64,000 nt of DNA from an uncultured Gammaproteobacteria bacterium (GTDB taxonomy: Bacteria > Pseudomonadota > Gammaproteobacteria > JAKDMP01). Positions 47,248 to 59,557 of the stretch are shown piece by piece. Position 1 is the first letter of the stretch. Every line of letters begins with the position of its first letter. Below the pieces are notes generated by a model. That model was given only the letters and a program-made list of their open reading frames with translations. It was not told where the DNA came from and made no database searches. The translations under genes and the position numbers were made by a program. Location: assembly GCA_963843735.1 (NCBI GenBank), contig CAWJLN010000008.1, positions 60,877 to 124,876 on the forward strand, in the 5' to 3' direction.

Positions 47248-50200
47248 ATGATGATCGCCTTCCCGCGCCGGTTGCAGACGACGGCATTGATTCGCCGCGG
47301 CATTCATGTCCCTCTCGCCCTGCGCCGCGGCGAACGGTTATCCGACAAGTTCGCTTCAGGCGCTTCAATGGAGGTTGGTGGGACCGTTTCGCGGCGGCCG
47401 CTCGGATGCCGTCGCAGGTGTTCCCGATCAACCGCAGACCTTTTACTTACGGCGGCGCCGATGGCGGCATCTGGAAGAGCACGGACGCCGGGCATAGCTG
47501 GCGCAACGTGTCCGATTGCTGCCTCGCCGTCGGCAGCATCGGCGCGCTCGCGATCGCGCCCTCCGATCCCGACGTTGTTTATGCGGGCACGGGCGAACCG
47601 TTCCCGCGCGGCGACATGGCGACCGGCGACGGCCTGTGGAAGTCCATCGACGCGGGCAAACATTGGCAGCACGTCGGACTGGATCGCAAACACGGGTGAT
47701 CAGCCGCATTCTGATGGATCCGCACGACGCGGCACACGTTTACGTCGCCGCGCTCGGGCACGTGTTCGGCCCCAACCCGCAGCGCGGCGTTTACGAAACG
47801 ACCGACGGCGGCGCGCACTGGAAACGCATCCTGTACGTGAACGCGCACACCGGCGCCAACGATCTCGCCATGGATCCGGCCGATCCGAAAATTCTCTATG
47901 CTTCGATGTGGCGCGTCAGTCGCCGTCCGTGGAATTTTTCCAGCGGCGGTGCGGGCAGCGGCCTGTACAAAAGCACCGACGGCGGCGCGCACTGGACCGA
48001 TATCGGACGCAATCCCGGCTTCGCGCCGGGAACGCTCGGAAAAATCGGGATCGCCGTCGCGCCTTCGGACCCGAATCGCGTCTATGCAATCGTCGAGGCG
48101 CACGCAGGCGGCCTCTATCGCTCAGACGACGGCGGCGCCACCTGGCGCAGGCTTTCTCATGACCCGAATCTCACCACGCGCGCTTTTTACTTCGGGCGTA
48201 TCTACGTCGACTCCGGCAAATGCCGATCATCTGTTTTCGCCTCACGCCAGGGGACTGCTCGTCTCCACCGACGGTGGCGCCAATTTCAAGAATCTCTACG
48301 CCCAGGGCGGCGACAACCACGTGCTGTGGATCAACCCCGGTCATTCCGAGGACATGATCGTCGGCAACGACGGCGGTGCGACCGTGACGCTCGACGGAGG
48401 CAAATCCTGGTCCAGCGAAGACAATCAGCCCACAGGACAGTTCTATCATGTTGCAGTGGACGATCGCTTTCCGTTTCATATCTACGGTTCGCAGCAGGAC
48501 TTCGCGACCCTGGAAACCGCCAGCCGCGACACTTCCGGTTACGACATCGGGCGCGAGGACTGGCAGGTGATCGCGCAGTGGGAAAGCAGTTATGTCGCGC
48601 CCGTACCCGCAAGTCCATGGATCACTTACAGCGGCGGCGGATTGGCAGGGCTTCTCGAAAGTTACGACGAGAAGGAGCCGCCAGCATCTTTTTCTCGGCC
48701 CCTGGCCCGAAGACACGACGGGGCACGCGGCGAGGCGATCTCAAGTACCGCTTCCAGTGGACGTTTCCCGTGCTGGTCTCCACGCACGATTCCGACACCC
48801 TTTACGTCGGCTCCCAGTACGTGATGAAAAGTCGGCGACGGCGGCAACAGCTGGCAGGTCGATAAGTCCCGATCTCACCCGCAACGAGAAGAGCAAACAG
48901 ATGCCTTCCGGCGGTCCGATCACGCCGGATAATCACCTCCGTCGAGTACTACGACACCGTATTCGCACTCGCCGAATCGCCGCTCAAAGCCGGGTTGCTA
49001 TGGGCGGGCACCGACGACGGCAAGGTCTGGATTACACTCGACGACGGCAAGCACTGGAGCGACGTGACGCCGGCGGGTCTTCCCGCGTGGGCCACGATCA
49101 GCATCATCGAGCCTTCGCATTTCAAGCCGGGAGTCGCGTACCTTGCCGCTCGCCGCTACCGCCAGGACGACTACGCGCCCTATCGTTTACAAGCCACCAC
49201 TCGATTACGGGGCGCATTGGCGAAGATCACGCACGGTTTGCCGCGCGACGAATCGAGCTTCGTCGTGCGCCAGGACACGCAGGATTCCGATCTGCTCTTT
49301 GTCGGCACCCTGCGCGGCGTGTATGTCTCTTTCAACAATGGCGGCGATTGGCAGCCGTTACAGCTCAACCTGCCGCACAGCGCGGTGCGCGATCTCGCGG
49401 TTCAGTCTGGCCAAAGTGCACTCGTCGCGGCGACCCACGGACGCGGTTTCTGGGTGCTCGACAATCTCCAGCCGCTGCGCGAACTGTCGCGAAAGGCGCT
49501 GGACGCGCCCGCGTTCCTGTTCACACCACAGACTGCGTGGTTGACCGGTGGCGAACGCGATCCGGGCGCAGCCGCTTACGACGCCGGCGAGAATCCGCCG
49601 AACGGCGTTGCGGTGTTCTACGAACTCAAGAGCGCACCGGTCGGCAATGAACCAGTCACGCTTACGTTTAGAGACGGCAAAGGTTCGGCTCTTGCTTCCT
49701 TCTCCAGCCGTAGTGCGCAAAATTCCGTGCCGACCCGCGCCGGCATGAACGAATTCGTATGGGATTTGCGTTATGTTGCCGCGCCGCCTCCTGGCGTGGC
49801 GCAATCCAGCGACCTGCTGTCCGGTCCGCGCGTCGTTCCCGGAACCTACCGGGTCACGCTTGCGACCGGAAATACAAAACTGTCGCGCGACTTCACTGTC
49901 GTGAAGGATCCCGCCATCGCGGCCACGCAAGAAGATCTCGAAGCACGTTATACGCTGCTTGGTCGAATTCAGGCCAAGCTGATGGAGATTGCCGCAACCG
50001 TGACGCGCATTCAAACCTTGCACAAGTCGCTCGAGCAGGCGCTGGCACAGGCTGCTGCGAATTCCGCTCGGGCGAACACGATCAAGCAAAATATGGCGGC
50101 GCTCGATGCAATCAAAAACACGCTCGTCCAGCCGCAATCCAATGTGTATCTCGCCTCGCTCCAGCAGCCCGCTGAATTGGCAGACAAGTTCGGCATGCTC

Positions 50201-50341
50201 TTTTTCGTCGTGGACGGATCGTTCGCGCGTCCGACGCAGAGCGACTACGAACTCTGGCAAGCTCTCGTCGCGCAGGCCGACGCGAAAATCGCGGCGGCAA
50301 ACCAGTTGGCCGGCAAGTTGCCGCCGTACGCAAAGTACTGA
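47248..50341 (+). pseudogene. Secreted BNR/VPS10-repeat beta-propeller (glycosyl hydrolase-like), ~1030 aa, broken by about 8 frameshifts
   Basis: WRLVGPFRGGR, many S/TxDGGxxW Asp-boxes, YRFQWTFP, ATHGRGFW, GENPP across alternating frames. Confidence 0.75.
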
Positions 50342-50395
50342 TCACGCGGGCCGGTGCCGCGGCTATTTGCGTACGCCGTTTCCGGTTGCGCTTCC

Positions 50396-51805
50396 TCAGG
50401 CGAGTTCGATGGGCTGGTGCGGTTCGGGGCGTTGAGTGTCCCAGCCTTTTTCGTTGAGGGATTTTTCCAGGGCGGTCATGCCCTGGTCGGGTTCGCCGTG
50501 AACGAGGAAAGTCTTGCGCGGCTTGCCGCAGGCATCGAGCCAGTTCAGGAGTTCGGTGTGATCGGCGTGTGCGGAGAAGCCGTTGATCGTCCATTTCTTG
50601 GCGGCGACCTTGATTTCTTCACCGAACAGTCTCACATGTTTGGCGCCGTCGATGATGATGCGGGCGAGGGTGCCGTTGGCGGCGTAGCCGACGAAGGCGA
50701 TGCCGCATTCCTTGCGCCACAGGTTGTACTTGAGGTGATGACGCACGCGTCCGCCCGTGCACATGCCGGAGCCGGCGAGGATCACGGCGCCGCTGTCAAC
50801 GTGGTTGACGGCCTGCGATTCGGCGACGGTGCGCGACATCTTCAGTCCTGCGAAGGCGAAGGGCTCGTGTCCTTCCAGCTCGCCGATGAATTTTTTGTTC
50901 AGACATTCGGGGTGGCGGCGGAAAATATCGGTCGCGGTGATGGCCATCGGGGAATCGAGATATACCGACAGGTGCTGCGGCAGCTTTTTCTGCTCGATGC
51001 CGACCCGCAGGTAGTAGAGGATTTCCTGTGCGCGTTCCAGCGCGAAGGTGGGGATGACCAGGTTGCCACCGCCGTTGATGGTTTCGTTGACGGCCGTGTA
51101 GAGTTCTTCGACGGATTCTTGCAGCGGACGGTGGTCGCGGTCGCCGTAGGTGCATTCGGTGACGATGTAGTCGCAGCCCTGCGGCGGCGCGGGGTCGTTG
51201 AGCAACGGCCGGCCGCCGTTGCCGAGGTCGCCCGAGAACAGGATGCGGCGTTCGCCGCCGTCGCCCGGGCAGCGAATCTCGACGCTGGCCGAACCCAGGA
51301 TGTGTCCCGCATCGTGGAAGGTGGCCTTGATGCCGGGCAGAACCTCCATCGGCTTGCCGTAGTCGGCCGTGCGGGTGAATGCGCCGATGGCGTCCATGGC
51401 TTCGGCCACGGTGTACAGCGGCTCGGATTCCCGGTGTCCGCCGCGACGCGCGCGGCGGTTGCTCCGCTCCGCTTCCTCCTCGGCGATGTGGGCCGAATCC
51501 AGCATCACCAGACGGGCAAGGTCCCGGGTGCCGGCGGTGCACACAATCTCTCCCCGGTAGCCTTGCTTCACGAGCAGCGGCAGGCGGCCGCAGTGATCGA
51601 GATGGGCGTGGGTGAGCAGCACGATGTCGATCTGCGCGGGATCGAAGCCGAAGTCCGCGTGGTTTTCCTCCTCGTTCTCGCGCCGACCCTGGAACATGCC
51701 GCAGTCGACGAGTATCTTGCGTCCCGCCGCTTCGAGCAGATGGCAGGAGCCGGTAACCTGTTCGGCGGCGCCGTGCGAGGTGAGCCGCAGTGCAGAAGCA
51801 GTCAT
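50396..51805 (-). CDS. MBL-fold beta-CASP nuclease (YSH1-like)
   Basis: [38 protein letters not shown]. Confidence 0.92.
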   Translation of the reverse strand: MTASALRLTSHGAAEQVTGSCHLLEAAGRKILVDCGMFQGRRENEEENHADFGFDPAQIDIVLLTHAHLDHCGRLPLLVKQGYRGEIVCTAGTRDLARLVMLDSAHIAEEEAERSNRRARRGGHRESEPLYTVAEAMDAIGAFTRTADYGKPMEVLPGIKATFHDAGHILGSASVEIRCPGDGGERRILFSGDLGNGGRPLLNDPAPPQGCDYIVTECTYGDRDHRPLQESVEELYTAVNETINGGGNLVIPTFALERAQEILYYLRVGIEQKKLPQHLSVYLDSPMAITATDIFRRHPECLNKKFIGELEGHEPFAFAGLKMSRTVAESQAVNHVDSGAVILAGSGMCTGGRVRHHLKYNLWRKECGIAFVGYAANGTLARIIIDGAKHVRLFGEEIKVAAKKWTINGFSAHADHTELLNWLDACGKPRKTFLVHGEPDQGMTALEKSLNEKGWDTQRPEPHQPIELA

Positions 51806-54174
51806 CGCGTTTCTCCCTTGCCCGGATCGCTCCAGGTCCAGTCCGTGATCTCGGGCATGTCTTCGAGGTGTTCCCGAATGTAGATTTTATGCGCATCGAG
51901 CCGTTCTTCGCAGAACTCGCGCAATCGTTCGCCCGCGTCGCCTGCATCCGGAAGATAGTCGAGCGCTCCGGTCACCAGATGGAACCGGCTCAGGCGGTTC
52001 AACACCACCATATCGAAAGGCGTCGTGGTAGTGCCCTCCTCGATGTAGCCGCGCACATGGAAACGCGCCGGATTGGGGCGGCCGTGGATCAGGTCGTGGA
52101 TGATGCGCGGATAGCCGTGGTAAGCGAACATGACCGGCACGTCGGTTGTGAAAAGTTCCTCGAAGGTACCCGGATCGAGTCCGTGCGGATGGTAGGCAGG
52201 TGGCGAGAGCGACATCAGATCTACCACGTTCACCAGCCGGACTTTGGCTTGGGGCATATGTTTGCGCATGAACCACGTCGCAGCGACTGCCTCTAACGTC
52301 GGCACGTCGCCGGCGCAGGCGAAGATGATGTCAGGCTTTGCACCGTCGTCGTTGCCGGCCCATTTCCAGACGGATGCTCCGCGGGTGCAATGCTCGCGCG
52401 CGGCTTCCATGTCCAGCCACTGCAACTCCGGCTGCTTGCCCGCGACGACGACGTTGATGTAGTCGCGGCTGCGCAGGCAATGGTCCATGACTGCAAGCAG
52501 GCAGTTGGCATCCGGTGGCAGGTAGATGCGCGTGACCTGGCTCTTCTTGTTGATGACCGCGTCGATGAAGCCGGGCCCCTGATGACTGTAGCCGTTGTGG
52601 TCCTGGCGCCAGGCGTGTGAAGTGAGGAGATAATTCAAGGATGAAATCTTGCGGCGCCACGGAATCTCGAGCGCCGTCTTCAGCCATTTGGCGTGCTGGT
52701 TCATCATCGAGTCCACGATGGTGACGAAGGCCTCGTAGCAGGGAAAGAGGCCGTGCCGGCCGGTGAGGAGATAGCCCTCCAGCCAGCCTTCGCACAGATG
52801 CTCGGACAGCACTTCCATCACGCGTCCGTCGGGCGCGATCGCTACGTCGTTCTCGATCGTCGGCAGCATGGAGCAACGGTTGGTCGCTTCAAAAACCGCG
52901 CCGAGGCGGTTGGAGTTGGTTTCGTCCGGACAGAACAGGCGGAAGTTGGCGGAGCGCTCGTTTTTGCGGAATACGTCGCGCAGGAAATCGCCGAGCCGAC
53001 GCGTCGCTTCCGACCGAATAATGCCCGGTGAGGGCACCTCGAGTGCGTAGTCGGTATAGGCGGGCAGGTCGAGTTCGACGAGACGGCTGCCGCCGTTGGC
53101 GTTCGGGTTCGCGCCCATGCGCCGCTCGCCCTCGGGGATCAATGCATCGAAGGCGGGATCGGGCCGGCCGTCCTTGTCGAAAAGATTCTGCGGCGCGTAG
53201 CTCCTCAGCCAGTCTTCGAGTTGGCCGCGCTGCACGTCGTCCGTCTTCGCCTTGGGCAGCGGTACCTGATGCGCGCGGAAGGTTCCTTCCATCGGCTTGC
53301 CGTCCACCACTTTGGGTCCCGTCCAACCCTTGGGCGTCTTGAGTACGATCAGCGGCCAGCGCGGCAACGTGAGATCGTTCTCCTCGCGCGCTCGGCGCTG
53401 AATCTCGCGGATGCGTGCATAGGCGCTATCAAAGGCTTCGATCATCTGCCTGTGAACGTCGAGCGGTTCGTCGCCTTCCACCCAGAGTACGTCGTATTCG
53501 TGCGAGCCGAAAAAGCGGCGGGAGTCGTCTTCGGACGTGCGTCCGAACACCGTCGGGCCGGAGATTTTGTAGCCGTTCAGATGCAGGATCGGCAGCACGG
53601 CGCCGTCGCGTGCCGGGTTGAGGAAGGCCACCGATTTCCAGCTTCCTTCCAGCGGACCGGTTTCGGCTTCGCCGTCACCTACAACGCAGGCGACGATCAG
53701 ATCCGGGTTGTCGAAGGCGGCCCCGAATGCATGCACCAACGAATAGCCGAGTTCACCGCCTTCGTGAATCGAGCCGGGGCAGTGCGGACTCACGTGGCTC
53801 GGAATGCCGCCGGGTGTGGAGAATTGTCTGAAGAATTGCAGCATGCCTTCGCGATCACGGGTTATATGGGAGAAATACTCGGAATAGGTTTTCTCCAACC
53901 AGCAGTTGGCAAGGATCGCCGGCGCGCCATGTCCGGGACCGATTACGTAGATGATGTTCGCGTCGGTGTCGCGAATCAGGCGGTTGAGATGCACGTAGAC
54001 GAGGTTCAGCCCCGGCGAGGTGCCCCAGTGGCCGAGCAGCCGCGGCTTGATGTCGGCGGCCTCGATGGAGCGTTCGACCAGCGGATTGTCGCAGAGAAAT
54101 ATCTGGCCGGCGGCGAGATAGTTGGCCGCCTGCCAGTAGCGGTTGATGAGTTCCAGTCGTTTATTTTCGTTCAT
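51802..54174 (-). CDS. xfp: Phosphoketolase (XFP)
   Basis: [33 protein letters not shown]; ATG 54174 overlaps ackA stop. Confidence 0.95.
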   Translation of the reverse strand: MNENKRLELINRYWQAANYLAAGQIFLCDNPLVERSIEAADIKPRLLGHWGTSPGLNLVYVHLNRLIRDTDANIIYVIGPGHGAPAILANCWLEKTYSEYFSHITRDREGMLQFFRQFSTPGGIPSHVSPHCPGSIHEGGELGYSLVHAFGAAFDNPDLIVACVVGDGEAETGPLEGSWKSVAFLNPARDGAVLPILHLNGYKISGPTVFGRTSEDDSRRFFGSHEYDVLWVEGDEPLDVHRQMIEAFDSAYARIREIQRRAREENDLTLPRWPLIVLKTPKGWTGPKVVDGKPMEGTFRAHQVPLPKAKTDDVQRGQLEDWLRSYAPQNLFDKDGRPDPAFDALIPEGERRMGANPNANGGSRLVELDLPAYTDYALEVPSPGIIRSEATRRLGDFLRDVFRKNERSANFRLFCPDETNSNRLGAVFEATNRCSMLPTIENDVAIAPDGRVMEVLSEHLCEGWLEGYLLTGRHGLFPCYEAFVTIVDSMMNQHAKWLKTALEIPWRRKISSLNYLLTSHAWRQDHNGYSHQGPGFIDAVINKKSQVTRIYLPPDANCLLAVMDHCLRSRDYINVVVAGKQPELQWLDMEAAREHCTRGASVWKWAGNDDGAKPDIIFACAGDVPTLEAVAATWFMRKHMPQAKVRLVNVVDLMSLSPPAYHPHGLDPGTFEELFTTDVPVMFAYHGYPRIIHDLIHGRPNPARFHVRGYIEEGTTTTPFDMVVLNRLSRFHLVTGALDYLPDAGDAGERLREFCEERLDAHKIYIREHLEDMPEITDWTWSDPGKGETR

Positions 54175-55352
54175 GATGTCTTCTCCGTTCGTGCGATCAA
54201 CGCGGCGGCATGCCGGGCGATGACCGCGTCTTCGTCGGTGGGAATGACGCAAATGCGTGCGCGCGAATTTCGACTTCCGATTTCCGGCTTGCCCGCCGTA
54301 TTCGCCCGGGTGTCGAGCACAAGACCGAGATCGTCCAGTCCTTCGAGGATGCGTTCGCGTATGGGGGGCGCGTGCTCGCCGATACCACCGGTGAACACCA
54401 GGGTGTCGATGCCGCCGAGTGCGGCAATCATGGCGCCCAGATGCTTGCGGGCGATGTAGCAGAAAAGCGCGACCGCTTCCTCTGCGGGATTGCCGGGCGA
54501 CGCCTGTTCGAGCAGCTTCTCCATCGAGGATTCGCCGCCCGATATACCGGTCAAGCCGGACTCAAGGTTTACCAGACGTTCCAGTTCGTCCACGCCGGTT
54601 TTTTCCCGACGCATCCACGCGATCAACGCACCGGGATCGAGATCGCCCGAACGGGTGCCCATCATGAGTCCACCGGCCGGCGTATAACCCATCGTCGTAT
54701 CCACGGGACGGCCGTCGCGGAGCGCGGCCATGCTCGCCCCGTTGCCGAGATGGGCGATGACTGTGCGTCCCTTTGCGTCGCCGAGCCGGCTCACGATGTA
54801 TTCGTAAGACAGTCCGTGATAACCGATGCGCTCGATGCCCATCTCGTCCAGCGCGCGTGGAAGGGGCAGACGGCGCGCCAGCGCCGGCAGCGTCGAAAAG
54901 AAATGATTGTCGAAGCAGGCGATCTGCTCCGCCGATGGAAAATGTTTTCTTGCCGCTTCGATGGCGTCGAGTTCGGGTGGAATGTGCAAGGGCGCCGACG
55001 TCCGGTAGGGCTCCAGCATTCGCATCAGTTCAGGGGTGAGCCGGGCGGGCGCGCTACGTCCACGCGGGCCGCGGACGATGCGGTGCCCGAGTGCGTCCGG
55101 ATTCGGGAGTTTCTGTTCATGCAGGAGATCGAGTACCGCGGCAAGCGCATCGTGATGGTTGTCGAATGACCCCGCCCGGTCATGCCGCCGTTCCCCGATC
55201 TGCCAGGCAAGGCGGGCGTCGTCTTCGCCGATCCCGCTCGCCTCGATTCCGGCCAGGCGCTTCGGTTCTTCCGGCGGGCTCACGGCAAACAGCGCGGTCT
55301 TGAGCGATGAAGAACCGGCATTGATGCACAGGATGCAATACGGGATTTGCAT
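54171..55352 (-). CDS. ackA: Acetate/propionate kinase
   Basis: [45 protein letters not shown]. Confidence 0.93.
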   Translation of the reverse strand: MQIPYCILCINAGSSSLKTALFAVSPPEEPKRLAGIEASGIGEDDARLAWQIGERRHDRAGSFDNHHDALAAVLDLLHEQKLPNPDALGHRIVRGPRGRSAPARLTPELMRMLEPYRTSAPLHIPPELDAIEAARKHFPSAEQIACFDNHFFSTLPALARRLPLPRALDEMGIERIGYHGLSYEYIVSRLGDAKGRTVIAHLGNGASMAALRDGRPVDTTMGYTPAGGLMMGTRSGDLDPGALIAWMRREKTGVDELERLVNLESGLTGISGGESSMEKLLEQASPGNPAEEAVALFCYIARKHLGAMIAALGGIDTLVFTGGIGEHAPPIRERILEGLDDLGLVLDTRANTAGKPEIGSRNSRARICVIPTDEDAVIARHAAALIARTEKTS

Positions 55353-55367
55353 ATCTCTCTTAATGTA

Positions 55368-57857
55368 TCAGGCCTTTCCGTGCAGCGTCTGCTGCGCGAT
55401 CTGCAGGAAGCGCTGGTAACCGGGCAGCGTGAAGTCCATATGTCGATAGACGGCCATCTTGGCCCAGTCCTCGATCGGCACCCAGGCCAGTGCATAGGCC
55501 CAGACGATGCCCACATCGAACCAGGAAAGCGGAGCGATCAGTCCGAACGGGTGCACGACGAAGAGCGTCGCGAGAATTTCGCCGCTGAACAGCGCGCCGA
55601 TCAGCCATGGCGACGGCCACGGGCGGCGGAAGAAGTGCCTGCGCGAGCGCACGACGAACAAAGTCATGTGGCCGGCCACCACGAGCTTGAGGAAAATCAG
55701 GCTCTGAATCTGGGGAATGCCGAGATGCAAGCCCTCGCGCGCAATCACGAGCAGGCCAAAGGTCTCGACTACGCCGACCAGCCCGAGCACCGTCGCTACC
55801 GTGAGTACGCGACGCATGTCCCAGCGCACCGGTTTCGGGTCAAGCCAGGTCTTGTCGATCGAGATCGCCATGATCGGCACGTCGTTGAAGAACGCCAAAA
55901 GAATGATCATGATTGCGGTGATGGGGTAGAAATCGAACGCAATCATCGCCGCCACCACGAAGAACATGATCCGGATCGTCTCCACGATCCGGTAGATAGC
56001 GTAGGAGTTCATCCGTTCGAAGATCATGCGCGCGTGCTCAACCGCGTTCACGATGACCGAGAGTCCCGGCGCCATGAGTACGAGGCTCGCGGCCGCCCGC
56101 GCGGCGTCGGTGGCGTCCGAGACGGCTATCCCCGCGTCGGCCTGCTTGAGTGCCGGCGCGTCGTTCACGCCGTCGCCCGTCATGCCGACCAGATGGCCGC
56201 GCGATTGCAGCGCCTTCACGATCCGATACTTGTGTTCCGGGAAGACCTGGGCGAAACCGTCTGCGCGCTCGACGCGGTCGGCGAATTCCTCGGTCGCGGT
56301 ATCCTGGCCGAAGTGCTCGTCGGCAACGACCAGATTGGCGCCGAGTCCGAGCTGGCCGGCGATCTCCTTGCCGATCGCAAGATTGTCGCCGGTTACCATC
56401 TTCACCTGGATGCCGTGGGCCACGGCGTCTGCGATGGTCTCCCTGGCGTCTTCACGCGGCGGGTCGAAAAGCGGCAGCAGGCCGATAAACTTCCACGCGC
56501 CGTTCTCGTCTTCGCCCTCGCGGCGCGCGATGCCCAGGGTGCGGAAGCCGTGTCTCGCAAACTCGTTGACCTTCTTTTCCGCCTCTTCGCGTGCACTTCC
56601 GTCGAGTTTGGCGCGATCCATCACGATCTGCGGGGCCCCCTTGGTGACGGCGAAGCGCTTTCCATCGGAATCTTCGATACTCGCATCGGCGCACTTGCGT
56701 ACGGGGTCGAAGGGTTTGAAGTGCAGTTGCTTGTAGGACTCCAGGGCGCTCTTGTCGGAAAGCCCTTCGATGACCGCATGATCTATCGCATCGCCGGCGT
56801 CGGGATCGCAGGTAAGCGCCGCCATCAGTACGACCATTCCGGCTTCCGTATCCGCCGCCGGTGCCGGATCGCCCAGCTTGAGTTTATTCTGCGTGAGTGT
56901 GCCCGTCTTGTCTGAGCACAGCACGTCAATGCCCGCCAGTTCCTCGATCGAGGCGAGGCGAGAGACGATCGCCTTCATCTTCGCCAGCGCCAGCGCTCCG
57001 ACGGCCATCGTGACCGAAAGCACAGCGGGCATCGCGACCGGAATCGAGGCGATGGTGAGGATCAGCGCAAACTGGATCAGTTCCAGCGGGGGGTTGCCGC
57101 GGAAGAGTTCCACGATGATCAGAATCGCGACCAGACCAAGGCTTGTAAAGATGAGGTAGTCGCCGATGTGCAGCACCGCTTTCTGGAAATGCGAAACGCC
57201 GCCCGCCTTGGAAACGAGCGCGGCGGTTTTGCCGAAGGTGGTATGTGCCCCGGTGGCGGTCACCAAGCCGACCATATCGCCCTGTTTGGCGATGGAACCC
57301 GAATAGGCGACATCTCCGCTCTGCTTGTCGATAGGGAGCGATTCGCCGGTGAGCGCCGATTGGTCCACCGATAGATAATCGCCCTCGGTCAGCTTGATGT
57401 CGGCGGGGATCACATCGCCGATGCGAACCCGAACGACGTCGCCAGGCACCAACTCGCGGGCCGGGATTTTCTGCCACTTGCCATCGCGGCGCACGCGAGC
57501 CATGAGCGCAAGCACGTTCTTGAGGGCTTCGAGCGCGTTCTGAGCCTTGCGCTCTTGCCAGAATCCGATGACGGCGTTGAACAGCAGCAGTGCGCAGATA
57601 ACAATGAGATCGGTCCAGTGGCGCACCACGGCGGAGAGTACCGCCGCGACTTCGATCATCCACGGGATGGGTCCCCAGAAGTAGCGTATGAAGCGTATCC
57701 ACAGCGGGATGCGATGCTCGGACAGCGCGTTTGGACCTTCCACCGTCAGGCGGCGGGCGGCCTCCTGTGCGGAGAGGCCGTCAGGGTCGGCGTTCAGGCG
57801 TCGGCTCAGTTCCTCGACCGGGGTTTTGCGCGCCGTCTCGTCGTTGATCGCGAGCAT
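55368..57857 (-). CDS. Plasma-membrane proton-efflux P-type ATPase (type IIIA)
   Basis: FWGPIPWMIE, TGES, IPVAMPAVLSVTMAVGA, DKTGTLT, KGAP, GDGVNDAPALK. Confidence 0.93.
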   Translation of the reverse strand: MLAINDETARKTPVEELSRRLNADPDGLSAQEAARRLTVEGPNALSEHRIPLWIRFIRYFWGPIPWMIEVAAVLSAVVRHWTDLIVICALLLFNAVIGFWQERKAQNALEALKNVLALMARVRRDGKWQKIPARELVPGDVVRVRIGDVIPADIKLTEGDYLSVDQSALTGESLPIDKQSGDVAYSGSIAKQGDMVGLVTATGAHTTFGKTAALVSKAGGVSHFQKAVLHIGDYLIFTSLGLVAILIIVELFRGNPPLELIQFALILTIASIPVAMPAVLSVTMAVGALALAKMKAIVSRLASIEELAGIDVLCSDKTGTLTQNKLKLGDPAPAADTEAGMVVLMAALTCDPDAGDAIDHAVIEGLSDKSALESYKQLHFKPFDPVRKCADASIEDSDGKRFAVTKGAPQIVMDRAKLDGSAREEAEKKVNEFARHGFRTLGIARREGEDENGAWKFIGLLPLFDPPREDARETIADAVAHGIQVKMVTGDNLAIGKEIAGQLGLGANLVVADEHFGQDTATEEFADRVERADGFAQVFPEHKYRIVKALQSRGHLVGMTGDGVNDAPALKQADAGIAVSDATDAARAAASLVLMAPGLSVIVNAVEHARMIFERMNSYAIYRIVETIRIMFFVVAAMIAFDFYPITAIMIILLAFFNDVPIMAISIDKTWLDPKPVRWDMRRVLTVATVLGLVGVVETFGLLVIAREGLHLGIPQIQSLIFLKLVVAGHMTLFVVRSRRHFFRRPWPSPWLIGALFSGEILATLFVVHPFGLIAPLSWFDVGIVWAYALAWVPIEDWAKMAVYRHMDFTLPGYQRFLQIAQQTLHGKA

Positions 57858-57886
57858 CGTGTAGTTCTCCGAAACTTAACTCTTTA

Positions 57887-57928
57887 ATGATACCCGTCAT
57901 GGCCCTTCCAGAGCATGATTCACGTCAA
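57887..57928 (-). promoter_or_regulatory. Class II FNR/CRP-family promoter
   Basis: TTGAC-gtga-ATCAT (57928-57915) and -10 TATCAT (57892-57887); box centre at -41.5 if +1 is 57880. Confidence 0.65.
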
Positions 57929-58106
57929 GGAAGGGGTGCCATCTGAACACGTTGGCGACACGGAACGATGAGCACATCGTGTATTGTGCGGCGTCGCACC
58001 GATGTCCCTCCGCGTAGTCGAGCGGGAGTATCATTCCGGGCATACGAACGGGCGCGGTGAAGTAATTGAACCGAATCAGGGTAAGCGCACATGCGACGGG
58101 GTGGCG

Positions 58107-58328
58107 GTGAACTTCAGCGGCTGGGGGCTTTTGGCCGGAGTCGTCTTCGGCATGATCGGCGTCGGCTACGTCATGTACGGACGGCGCGAGATGCGGGTTG
58201 CGCATCTCGTCTGCGGCATGGTGCTCACGGTTTTCCCGTGGTTCGTCTCCAACCTCGCCGCTCTCGTCGCCATCGGCCTCGTGTTCGTCCTCGCGCCCTT
58301 CGTCGCCGCATGGTGGTTTGGGGTCTGA
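58107..58328 (+). CDS. Small membrane protein (~73 aa, about 3 TM)
   Basis: GVVFGMIGVGYVMYGRR..LTVFPWFV hydrophobic pattern, host-like codon usage. Confidence 0.65.
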   Translation: MNFSGWGLLAGVVFGMIGVGYVMYGRREMRVAHLVCGMVLTVFPWFVSNLAALVAIGLVFVLAPFVAAWWFGV

Positions 58329-58398
58329 AAGCCGCGGCATGGCGGTTTTCGGACAAGGCGTGAGACAATAACGCCATTGATTGACGAGGAATGACTGC

Positions 58399-59531
58399 GT
58401 GGCCGAAGCCCTGGAACTGCCGCTCGCGCTCGATCCGGTGCCGGAACTGATCGCGGAGATCCGCGCCAGACGCATGGTCGTCATCATGGACGACGAGGGG
58501 CGCGAGAATGAGGGCGATCTGGTGATGGCCGGCAGCAACGCGACGGCCGAGCAGGTGGCGTTTTCGTGCGCCACACGAGCGGCATCGTGTGCATGCCGAT
58601 GACGCGCGCTCGCCTCGACACCCTGCAACTGCCGCAGATGGTGGCGGAGAACAGCGAGGCGCACCGCACCGCATTCACCGTGTCGGTGGACTATCGCCAC
58701 GGGACCACGACCGGCATCTCCGCACACGATCGTGCGCACACGATTCGCGCGCTTGCCGATCCCGCCGCCGGCGCCGGAGATTTCACCCGCCCCGGCCACA
58801 TTTTTCCGTTGCGCTATGCGGAAGGCGGCGTGCTCTGCCGCGCCGGGCACACGGAGGCGTCGGTGGATCTCGCGCGCCTTGCCGGCGTTGAACCGGCGGC
58901 GGCAATCTGCGAAATCGTGAATGACGACGGCAGCATGAAGCGCGGCGCCGAGCTGATCCGTTTCGCGCGGCGCAACGGCTTGAAGGTCGGCACCATCGCC
59001 GATCTCATCCGTTACCGTTTGCAGACGGAAAAGAGCATCGAACGACTTGTGGAACGCGAGGTGCCGACCGAGCACGGCAACTTCAAGCTCATTGCCTACG
59101 AAGATCACGTGCACGGCGCGGTGCATCTTGCCCTCGTGCGCGGGGAGATCGAGTCCGGGCGCGAAACGCTGGTGCGGGTGCAGATTCAAAGTACGCTCGG
59201 CGACGTGCTCGGAATCGGCTGGCCGGCGCTCGGGCGTCCACTCGCAAGCGGGCTTGCGCGCATTGCGCGCGAGGGCGGGGTGCTGGTGCTGCTGCGCCGC
59301 AGGGAAGACCCGGCAGCGCTCTTGCGCCAGATCGAACACGAGGGTGCCGGTTCCGCCTCGCGGGCGGCGGCCGGCGAAGAAGAGGCGACGGTGCTGCGTA
59401 CCTACGGCATCGGCGCGCAGATTCTTTCCGATCTTGGCGTGCGCCGGATGCGCGTGCTGTCGGCCCCGCGGCGTATGCGCGCGATCTCGGGATTCGGCCT
59501 CGAAATTTCCGGCTATGAGGAAGGCGATTGA
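58399..59531 (+). CDS. ribB: DHBP synthase fused to a degenerate GTP cyclohydrolase II domain (RibBX-type); frameshift near 58565
   Basis: DDEGRENEGDL, then RHTSGIVC, TAFTVSVD, TTTGISA, RAGHTEA after a missing T in a T run; LRTYGIGAQIL. Confidence 0.88.
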
Positions 59532-59557
59532 TACCGATGCGTGCACGCAGCAGTGTT

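Noticed and set aside
58328-58400. FMN riboswitch upstream of ribB or ribE
   Set aside because: Intergenic space is too short and no RFN consensus was recognised
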